Source: Octopus sinensis (lineage: Eukaryota). From it: 64,000 bases of DNA. Both the position numbers and the translations under genes were made by a program. Of the stretch, positions 54,791-64,000 are shown piece by piece. A model generated the notes under the pieces. That model saw nothing but the letters and a program-made list of their open reading frames with translations, made no database searches and had not been told where the DNA came from. Location: NCBI RefSeq assembly GCF_006345805.1, contig NC_043006.1, positions 77,004,001-77,068,000 on the forward strand, written 5' to 3'. The stretch's first letter is position 1, and each line of letters begins with the position of its first letter.

Positions 54791-54937
54791 ATTGTATGTA
54801 TGTATTATGTATGTATGTATGTATGTATGTAATGTATGTATGTATGTATGTATGTATGTATGTATGTATGCGTGCATGCATATGTATATGCATATATATA
54901 TATATATATATAATATATATATAATAATATATATATA

Positions 54938-55770
54938 TAGGGGGAGAATTCACAAAAAAACAAAAGACGAAGACAGGTGGTATATAGACGACACAGATAT
55001 ATTGTTTAACGCTCGGGAAATTAAAAGGTCTTTAACGTTTCAAGCCTACGCTCTTCCACAGAAAGGAACGCAGAAAGAAACAAAGAGAGGAAATAAATAA
55101 TGTGTAATGGCTAGCGATCTATCATGGCAAATGCCGGCCAGAGAGATCACACAGGAGAGCGAGGAAGAATGGGAGATAAAATTAAAGTAGTGGTGATCCC
55201 AAAAGAAGGTGCACCTGCGTGTGTATAAGAGAGTATGTATGTGCGTGTGGAAGAGGTCTGGTGACCTTGACGTGTGCGTCTGTGGATGTGGGGCTGGGAA
55301 GTGTTCAGTGCTAGTGTGTGCGTGGTGGTGTGATGTGATGTGATGTTGTGTGTTATGGTGGTGTATGGTGTAGTGTGTGTGGTGTGGTTTGATAGTGTTG
55401 GGAGGGAGAGGCGAGAATGGGTAAATCAAGTGTGGGATGTGGGTTAGGCTGAGGTTGGGGTAGAGGTAGGGTATGTGGGTAGGCTGAGGGTGGGGTTAGA
55501 TGTGGGTATGTGGGAGTGGGTGTAAGGGATGGGTGTGGTGGGATGGATATGTAAGGTGGGGTTGGATTTGTAGGGGTGGGGTTACGATGGAGGGGTGCCG
55601 ATGAAGGGGAAAGGGAGAAAGTGGGTGGGAATGAAGAGAAGAGAGAAGGAGAGTAGGAGTGAAGAGAAGAAGCAGGAGTCGGAGCAAGAGAGGAGAGGTG
55701 GGTGGGAGGAAGTAGGTGTAAAGGGAGAGAGGAGACAGGAGGAGGTTAGAGGAAGAACGGACGAGAGTTA
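54938..55770 (-). mobile_element. Probable Penelope-like element fragment with hammerhead-like motif and G-rich segment
   Basis: Minimal hammerhead fold at 55030-55065; PLE identity inferred from the known PLE-hammerhead association, no ORF seen. Confidence 0.45.
55030..55065 (-). ncRNA. Minimal type I hammerhead ribozyme-like motif (variant core)
   Basis: CUUU-CUGUGGA-A-GAGC-GUAG-GCUU-GAA-ACGU-U-AAAG: stem I CUUU/AAAG, stem II GAGC/GCUU, palindromic ACGU stem III; core A6 replaced by U. Confidence 0.5.
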
Positions 55771-56397
55771 AGCCCTTGTGGCGCCAAGGAGCGTAGTGAG
55801 AAGATTAATCCCTGTTCACGGCGCAAACAGGAGTCCGGATGGCCCCTGTAATTTATCATAATGGTACAATCTTATGTGCAGTTTAAGTTGAATTTAGCCC
55901 GCACTGAGACGTCGATTCAAGTTGATAAAATATATGATTACCATTTTAGTTAGCAGTTTATGATATAGTGTTAAGAAACTTAGGTAATGGATAAATTTTT
56001 CTGAACATAAATTTGGCAGTCAGTAATAAATGAAATTCCTTGAAACGAGATCGCAATTGCAGTAGGAATTAAGGTTCCTATATCTTACACGAAGCGTTTT
56101 TTTATCATATACGTATTTTTCTCGTAATACCTGACACAACCATATTGGAACTGTTCTTCAATGAAAGTCATATATGATAAAGAAAAGCAAACGTTTCTAT
56201 CAAACTGGCAAATAGAATAATGGCAAGTACAAAAATAAATGTCAGAGCATGCTTATGAGCGAAGGGGTCATTGAAGGTAATGTACTGTTAACAGCACTCA
56301 GAGAAATGAAGCAAAATATCAATGAAATGCTTGCAGGAAGTCTGATTGCTAACGGCTACAGTTTGGCGTAGACGTGAAGAACGCAGTAGAAGAATAA

Positions 56398-57792
56398 CTA
56401 CTGTATGGCTGCTTTGTAGACGCAATTTTTTGTTTTTCCTTCAAGAGTATAGATGGATAAGTTGTATGAATGGCAAACTCTGGAACAATCGACGTAGCAC
56501 TGTCTGTTTGGAAAAGTACGATGTTCCAAGGTCTAGTCCGACAACTTTCAGCCACGACCTTGTGTTTCGTTAATTTTCATGGCGAGGCTGAGCTTCAGAG
56601 GGAATTGAAGTCTCTGCATACGCTAGGGGCGGTCTGTTTGGATTAGCGGAGTAAAAACGGTATCGTTTTTGCCGTGTGCCGTGAACATTTGAGCTTCAAT
56701 GACGTGGGCCGTCATTCGTTTGACCACATAGTGTGGGTGCGTTTAGATTGCGTAGGAGGATGACAGGGTAACCGACTTTTAAGTGAAGTTCATGGGGAGG
56801 TAGTACTAGAGGATCTCGAGAGTTGAGAAATTCTGTTGGAAAGTGTGTAACCTGATAGAGGTCGGTAACCTTGAGAATAAAGCCGAATAAGTCATAGTTA
56901 AGAGTGTTGAAGCTGCATTTGTAGGTGCAAGAACAGCCCTGTAACGAAGCCAATTTTCGTATTTCGTTCTAAGATTTGGGTAAACGGCAAAACGTATATC
57001 ATCAGGGCTGGAGACAGTGTGGCCAATGTTGGTCGTGTCAATGTATCCGTTGTCGTCTAACGTAATTTGCCGATTGCCGATTTTAACGAACATTCGCGAA
57101 AACTAGGTTGTAAGTTGACCAGTCTGTAGGAGTGATTTGATGTTGACGGTGAATTGTTTGGATTGGACATGCGACCAAAGGATATTTCTAAGGTATTAAG
57201 TTCATAAGCGGGGTTTCCTTTGGGTATAGTAGGCATAGTTTGCCGAAAAATCTCCTGCAAGAAGGAGAGTTGCACCTCCAAGGATGCTATTGTTTGATCT
57301 GAGAACTATCATTGTGGTATCAAGTGCTTGTAGGTAACATTTACGAGACATATTTGCTTCATCACAAACAATGAGTTTGCACATTTTCAAAATCGTCGCT
57401 TCGTCCGAGGAATGCATTATGTGGCACGTTGGTTTTCTTGATGTGCTACATTGAAAAGCAAGTTGGAAGCATTCGGAATTCAGGGAGTGAACTGTGTCCG
57501 ATTGGGTCGCCTTTGTACACGGCTGGATCCAACAGTGTAGAATTGCGGTGTAAGGGAGACAATCAATTTCTGTCTGTTACATCGCAAAGTACAGATCTTC
57601 TGATTTTCAAGCCTCTTTCTCCATATCACTTCATAAGTCAAAAATCTAAATAGTGTAGAGCCATCGATGAAACCTAAATTATGTATTTGCCAAGCGTGAA
57701 TGGAATTGGATGAAAAATATTGATTTTTACGTGAGATCAAGTAATGGTCTGTCACACACACACACATACACATCTCTCTTATATATTATAGA
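56398..57792 (-). mobile_element. Internally deleted Helitron: 5' terminus joined to PIF1 helicase C-terminal half (pseudogene)
   Basis: A^TCTATAATATATAAG start at 57792; PTCHIMHSSDEATILKMCKLIVCDEANM..LGGATLLLAGDF, RQTMPTIPKG, FPTEFLNSRDPLVLPPHELHLKVGYPVILLRNLNAPTLC, and C-terminal EGKTKNCVYKAAIQ* (stop 56398-56400); many frameshifts; 3' end not located. Confidence 0.88.
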
Positions 57793-57873
57793 TATATAAT
57801 ATATATATACATACATATATTTATATACATATATATATATATATATGTATATAAATATATATATATATATATA

Positions 57874-57958
<85 letters not shown>

Positions 57959-58122
57959 TCATTATCTTTTATTAAAGTTTTAATACTTTTGATATATATT
58001 TAAAATTATATAAATTAATTAATTTTATGTATTGGCTTAAGTTTTTCATTGTTTGATTTGCCTAATAGTGGTTTTATCTCTAATTTAATATAATATATAT
58101 CTATATCTATATATATATATAC

Positions 58123-58171
<49 letters not shown>

Positions 58172-58646
58172 TTAGTATTATGTTTTGACAAATTTATTGA
58201 AGTGCCACCGCGGTTTCAAAAAGTATTTTGTTTTTCAATAGAAAGAAACGAAAAAAAGAAGCTTTTAATAGAAAGTGAAAGTTCAAGAGAAAATTCGGTA
58301 TTACTTGCAGAAGAAATCAAATGCTCAAATAAATTCCAATATCCAACAACTCTCGCAATATTAGAAAATAATAAAAGTTCAAATGATGGATGAATTTCAT
58401 GACAGTCGTCTAAAACTGCAAGTTTAGTACTTTTTTAAACGATAAATGAGATTAACAGTCTAATACGATGAAGTTTTCAAAGAGAACGAAAGATTGTTAA
58501 TGAAAAAAGATTTTGTTACAAATTCAGTCGTAGTAGAAGGTGGAAAATTCTTCGGCGTTGGTTTTTCTGGTGAGAAGTTGAACTGGAATTGCTGTCTATA
58601 CAGGTATCTTGATATATAAGATTTAAGCTACAGGTTCAAAATCTAA

Positions 58647-59029
58647 TCTCTCTCTATATAAACAGCAGTTTGTCTGTGCGTTTTCTGTGTGTCTGTTTTC
58701 TCGTACCCTCACTCTGACCATGGCTTTCAACCGATTCTGATGAAACTTGACACACACATAGCCCAATGTCATAATTCAAAACTAACGCAGCGAAAATTTT
58801 GAAAAGTTCCCCCAGTTCTGAAAAAAATCGATAAATTCGACATGGGGTCGAGAATTAGAAACCAAAACCACAGACCGTCTAGGGGACGCAACTCTACCTT
58901 TTTTAACTCTCAAAAAAATTTACCAGCATTTTTTTTCCATTCTTTTGCTATTTTTTGGCTATAACTCTCTAAAAATGCTTTATAGTTATTTCCCTTACAA
59001 ACCTGAGCAACGCCGGGCGATACTGCTAG
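58647..59029 (+). mobile_element. Non-autonomous Helitron (different 5' half, shared 3' end)
   Basis: TC..TATATAAA start (58642 or 58647), hairpin CCTGAGCAACGCCGGG, CTAG^T at 59026-59029. Confidence 0.85.
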
Positions 59030-59039
59030 TTGGCTATAA

Positions 59040-59620
59040 GTTGAATTATATCACTTGCTTTTTGTCCGTTGTTTAGTGTTTTGGTTAGTTCACACAATGA
59101 ACACACCACTTTCTGGTAACATATTTTGGTTTGGTTGTATTCCAGCGTTCCGATTTGTCTTGTGATATCATTCGTTTATCAAATGTTGTGATCACTGTTT
59201 TTAACCAATAAGAATCCAGTCGATTGATATTCTACATACGTCATTTTTTTTTTATTTAACGTGTTGGTGACTTGCTCTTGTCACAGGTTCGTCCAGCGTT
59301 CCGGTTGGTTGATTCACTTAAAGTGTCGCTGGTCCAGGTCCACTAAATGTTCGTATCTCTTTTTCTTTGATGATCCTATTTCGTCCTGAAAAATCTAAGT
59401 GGATGATTCTAGGTGATGTCAGCAAATAGTTTTGAGTACCTGTAATGTCTAAATGTACAGCCGTTTAAAGATAGGGTTTCAAATCCCGGATGAGGTCTGT
59501 TACGTAAAGTTTTGATTTATTCTTGGTGTTTTCATTCGTTTTTAGCTGTGCTGTATTAACTGAGTTTTCTCATTCTAGTGTATTATCATAGAGTGTTTTG
59601 TTGTGGTTTATATTTCTTAA
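59040..59620 (-). mobile_element. R4/Dong-like LINE remnant (pre-RT region), heavily decayed
   Basis: Fragments EPVT.EQVTNTLNK, LDSYWLKT and NMLPE similar to the region upstream of R4-like RTs. Confidence 0.5.
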
Positions 59621-60788
59621 TAAACATATTTTCCGAACTGGGTTGAAGTGTTTCTGACGCATTGGTATGGAGAGAAATTTGGTGTTCTGGATGCTTGTAT
59701 ACTATTATATCGACGCCAACAAACGAATGAAAGGAAAAATCAATCTCAGTGGTATTTGAACTCAGAATTAAAAGGCCGCCAAAATAACGCCAAGCATTTT
59801 ACCAACTGTACTAAAATTTCTAAAAACTCGCCCGCCTCATCGATAATAATAATAATAATAATAATAATAATATAATAATAATAATAATCCTTTCTAGTTT
59901 GGGTATAAGACCAGCAATTCTCGGGAATAGTTGATTGCCTAGACTGCTGCTCTTGACTGGCACCCTGTTTTAGTCATCTTCTGCGGTATCTGAGCTCAAA
60001 ATGATGAAGATCGTACCTAAATATCACAAGGGGTATTTGCCCTACCCTTTTCTGATTCTTCCAATATATGACATTTTATTATTGATAAATATTTATCTAG
60101 ATAGCAGCATTGAAATGCTAAAATAAAATCCAATCAAATGCAAGATAGTTTAGCAAAAAGAAGTGAAAGAGAGAGAGAGAGAGAGAAAGAAACGAGTAAA
60201 ACAAATAAAATTGTAAAAATTTTAAAGGAAAGTTGGACAGTGAATTGATAAAAGATTATTAGTTCTGATATGATTTTAATTTCAATCTCAAGTTTTCCAT
60301 TTATAAACCGTTTGTCACTAATATTGCTTTATCAACATAACATTTCTAACAGGGAAAAGAAACAGAAAACCATCAGATAATCTGGATAACATATTAAATA
60401 TTCTCCTTCAGAATGATTTGTATGCTTTTTCTTTTAAATTGCGTAACAGATGATCGTCTTTTAATTGAAAAATTTTTTAATTGTTTCTGTACACAATTTC
60501 GGAAAAAGGAAGAGGTGAATATTGAGTATTAAAATTTTCGAGGAAGGGAAAACTGCTGAAAAAGATTATAATACATAACTGGTATTTACATTGTTGAAAG
60601 TGTATTGATATGATGGTTTAGTGGCTACTTTATTCAAGAAAATTCATCGAAGGCATTTTTATTCTTAAATGAAGAGATCAAAGGGAGACGAATCTAAATC
60701 ATCTTCTGCAAAGGAATACCTCAAAGATTAACAAAGCCTGATCACCATCCTGACACATACAAAAGCACAAGTAGTAATTGAAGATACC

Positions 60789-60837
<49 letters not shown>

Positions 60838-61103
60838 GTGCGCACACCCACACACCCACATCCATACTTTCATACACACACACATACATATATAAAGAGA
60901 GAGGGGGAGAGAGTGATAGCGAGGGCGAGAGAGAGAAGCCTAAATACATTTCTTTCAAAGCCTCCTCGCTGTCCCCAATTGTCTGATGAGTCGGACATGT
61001 TCCTTTACGCCTACGAAGTTCTAAGTCATTCAGCACAGAATAAAGCTGTTAAACATCATGTAATACCGTTGCTTCTGCCCTCTATATGTAATACCATTGC
61101 TTC

Positions 61104-61193
<90 letters not shown>

Positions 61194-61239
61194 GTATGTA
61201 TGCATGTATGTATGTATGTATGTATGTATGTATGTATTA

Positions 61240-61500
61240 CGTAATAGCGTGACCAAGCAGTCTGTCAGATGTTGTTACACATCGGTAATCACGAAGCGCT
61301 TTGCATCGTTTTAGCTCTCCAATGGCTAGGCAAGTAGGCCAACACTCCCACTCCTGAGCGACAGAGGGGCTGGGCTGGAGAACAACAAGAAAGTGAGTGT
61401 TTTGCTCAAGATCAAAACGTGCTACCCAGGCTGGGAATCGAACCCAGGATATGGCGATTGCGAGTAATACTGTCTGACCACGGGGGCCATGGGCATTCAC
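61240..61500 (-). mobile_element. tRNA-derived SINE sharing tail type 1 with 11878-12185
   Basis: Reverse complement GGGTTCGATTCCCAG B-box; tail GTGATTACCGATGTGTAACAACATCTGA similar to GTGACCAACGATGTGTAACTACATCTGA. Confidence 0.75.
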
Positions 61501-62299
61501 TTAATTATATATAAAGTAAGAGGAAATTACGCCACGGAACCTGATTTTCTACTTATCTACATCACCTTATTCTCCTTGTTTTCCTCGTTCCATACCATCT
61601 TCTTTCTTCTCTTCTTTCTTCCACCACACATTTATACATTATTATAAATTAGATAAACTAGCATATCCAACATTTGAAGTTTTGTATATTGTTTCATTTC
61701 AGTCTGAGCTCTTTCAGAGCGAACCTAGCCCTTTGTAATGTCCTATAGATTGATGTTCTTCAATCTAAAAAATTCTCATAACCATGTGTGAGTGAGTTAT
61801 TACATACAGTAGAATATAAATTAGAATTTAAAATCTGGAGGAATATCAGCCCTTCATCAGATAGTCTATGTCAAGTACTGTTGTCTCAAATTTACGGGGG
61901 GAAAAATAGAAATATTAATTTGAACCAAAATCCCTATTCTTAAAATATAGTATCCAGAGCACAACAAACGAACAAAACAAATATTAAGTTAAAAACCTCC
62001 ACAAACTATATGCTCTTTTCAGCAAATATTAACAAAATATAGGCGTGCTTTTTATATATCTGTAATGCACTCTAAGAAGAATGTTATTTAAAAATCTAAC
62101 ATACAACATTCTAATGAATACAAGTGATAATAACAACAGAAGTAGCTTCGATTACGCTCTTGAAGAAATTAAATAAACTGTAAATATTTGAAGTAAAATG
62201 CACTGAGACCGACAATAAGCACTAATAAGTAATGTTAAAACATGTAGTAAATACAGATAAGGGAATACATCATACTCAGTATATTTTCAACAAATTAAA

Positions 62300-62950
62300 C
62301 GATGAAAGAAAAATGGCGTTTGTAAATCATACATTATGGAAAAGGTAATCTAATTAAGTAACACTATGGATAAATAGAAAAAAAAAACATTACGCAAATA
62401 TAGGACAGAGATTTCCTTTCGGGGAATAAAATACACAAAGATTAGCCAAAAATAGAAACTACTTATCAAAATATATAGAAATGCAACGTCAACTTAGTTA
62501 AAGAAAACAGAAGAAAGAATTTTAAAAATTAAAAATATGGCAGAATAACAGTATAAATGCAGTTAATTGTTGCTAAAGCCCAATGGATAACAAGATTTGA
62601 AAAGAGAAATAAACAATTTATAGAAAATAAGAATATTTAGGGAAAAAATGCAAAATAGAAACTAAATCGAAACATAAAGAAGTAAAAATAGTCCCTCGAT
62701 AAAATAAGATTGAAAACGTCTGCGCTGTAAATAAGTATATTTGAATTCAAAATCAAAAGTGATATATTTAAAAATGATAAAAAGCTCGCCGTAAGCAATA
62801 AGAAGTATCAATAACAACTAAAGGGAACTCAACAAAATTAAATGTAAAAGAAACTTGGAAATCCAGTGAGAAAGTCCATAACAGTTGGAGTGAAAATTCA
62901 CGTTCTACATGATAATTTTACAGAGACTTAAGAAATGATGCCAATAAAGT
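62300..62950 (+). mobile_element. R4/Dong-like LINE remnant, very old
   Basis: KAQWITRFEKRNKQF at ~62575-62620 and a WKS..KVHNSW-like segment at ~62855. Confidence 0.5.
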
Positions 62951-62959
62951 CTTCCATAA

Positions 62960-63600
62960 ATATTGGTCTCAAATTTTGGCACAGGACAGTCAATTTAGGA
63001 GTTCTTTAGTGATTATAGTATCTGAATAATATTATTTCATCAACCGCTAAGGATAAAAGTCAAAATTGACCTCGGCGGGAGTTGAACGCAGAATCTCTTG
63101 CGTAAACTGACCTTTTATATTTTGGCATACGGCCAGGAATTTTGAAGGATGCGGAAGTGGATTACATCGACACCAATGCTAAACTGGTAATTCCCTGGAA
63201 ATGATGAAAGGTAAAGTCGACCCCAGTGGAATTTGAACCCTGAAAGTAATGTCGGAATAAATACAACTAAGTAATTCTTACGGCTTCAAACTCTGGTTTA
63301 ACACCAGCAATTCCGGACGAGGGGTAAGTCGACAATATCGACTCTTGTGCTCACTGCTCATACCTTGCATAAATAATGCAAGCATATATGGGTCAATTAC
63401 TAAAATCTCACATACGAGGAATCACTAGCATTCCCAAAACATTCAAGATAATAAAAAATTTATTCTTTCACAAGCTCAAAGCCAAATGGACAGGGAGCTG
63501 AAGAGTCGATTTTATCGCCATAGTTTCTAAATGGTACTTTATTTTATCGTTCTGAAGAGACTAAATTATCATCGGCGAGATTTGAACTCCGAACGTAAAT
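62960..63600 (-). mobile_element. Cluster of about four old co-oriented SINE-A fragments
   Basis: Repeated GATTACATCGAC/GTCGAC, GGAATTTGAAC and TTGGCA..CAG motifs. Confidence 0.6.
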
Positions 63601-64000
63601 AACTAAAAAATATATTACATTTTAAAGTTAGTGAATATTTCCATAATCTTTGCCTTCAGTTCATTTTTGGTGATACAAATAGTTTTGTTAACCTCTCACT
63701 CAACTGCACCCCACACATAATAATCAAGATTCTAAACATCCAACCCTCTAGCTGAAATAAAGAAGAAAAATGTATATCTATTTAAACTACCGGTATTTAA
63801 GAATAAAATATGTACACCACAAAAGAAAAAATGCTTTTAAATAATTTTGTGACCAGAAAGACAATACGATATCTTTATATGTAACATAATAATGAAGTAA
63901 CTGGGAATCAACAAGAGCTCTACCATTATTAATAATTTTCCAAGAACGATATGGAGAATTCAAACAAGCAGTTGTTATATAAATTAAGCATGACAATAAT

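Noticed and set aside
55112-55145. CTAG as the 3' end of the helicase-bearing Helitron
   Set aside because: Not followed by T, has only a weak hairpin, and lies inside the probable PLE fragment.
58202-58620. Coding-looking open stretches (PPRFQKVFCF..; MKKDFVTNSVVVEGG..)
   Set aside because: Short, no recognisable motif, no consistent splice sites.
59845-59890. (TAA)n as a Dong-type target site for the neighbouring R4-like remnant
   Set aside because: An intervening SINE-A fragment separates them, and TAA runs adjoin SINE-A elsewhere.
60980-61020. CTGATGAG hammerhead core
   Set aside because: No downstream GAAA with a pairing stem II; the same applies to ~54760, ~61855 and ~19176.
61900-62300. 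AT-rich stretch as possible mitochondrial insertion
   Set aside because: No mitochondrial gene or tRNA motif recognised; adjacent sequence fits an R4-like relic better.

Overview
AT-rich eukaryotic DNA with very dense microsatellites and no supportable intact host gene; almost every ORF in the track is a translation of a simple repeat. The repeat families resemble those I recall from octopus (coleoid cephalopod) genomes, but that assignment is inference. Contents: three tRNA-derived SINE families (labelled A, B and C here); LINE remnants (RTE, CR1-like, three R4/Dong-like); Helitrons (several non-autonomous copies sharing one 3' end, one carrying a piggyBac transposase fragment, plus a deleted PIF1-helicase copy); a TTAA/piggyBac-type MITE; and Penelope-like fragments, one with a minimal hammerhead-ribozyme fold. 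The best leads are: SINE-A multimers that always join at the same internal GGTATT site, matching the target motif of free copies (possible self-targeting); a SINE-B/CR1 shared 3' stem-loop with different sequence but the same fold; a 38-bp pri-miRNA-sized hairpin; a 62-bp near-perfect palindrome; and a ~400-bp diverged inverted repeat. All alignments were done by eye and none were database-verified.
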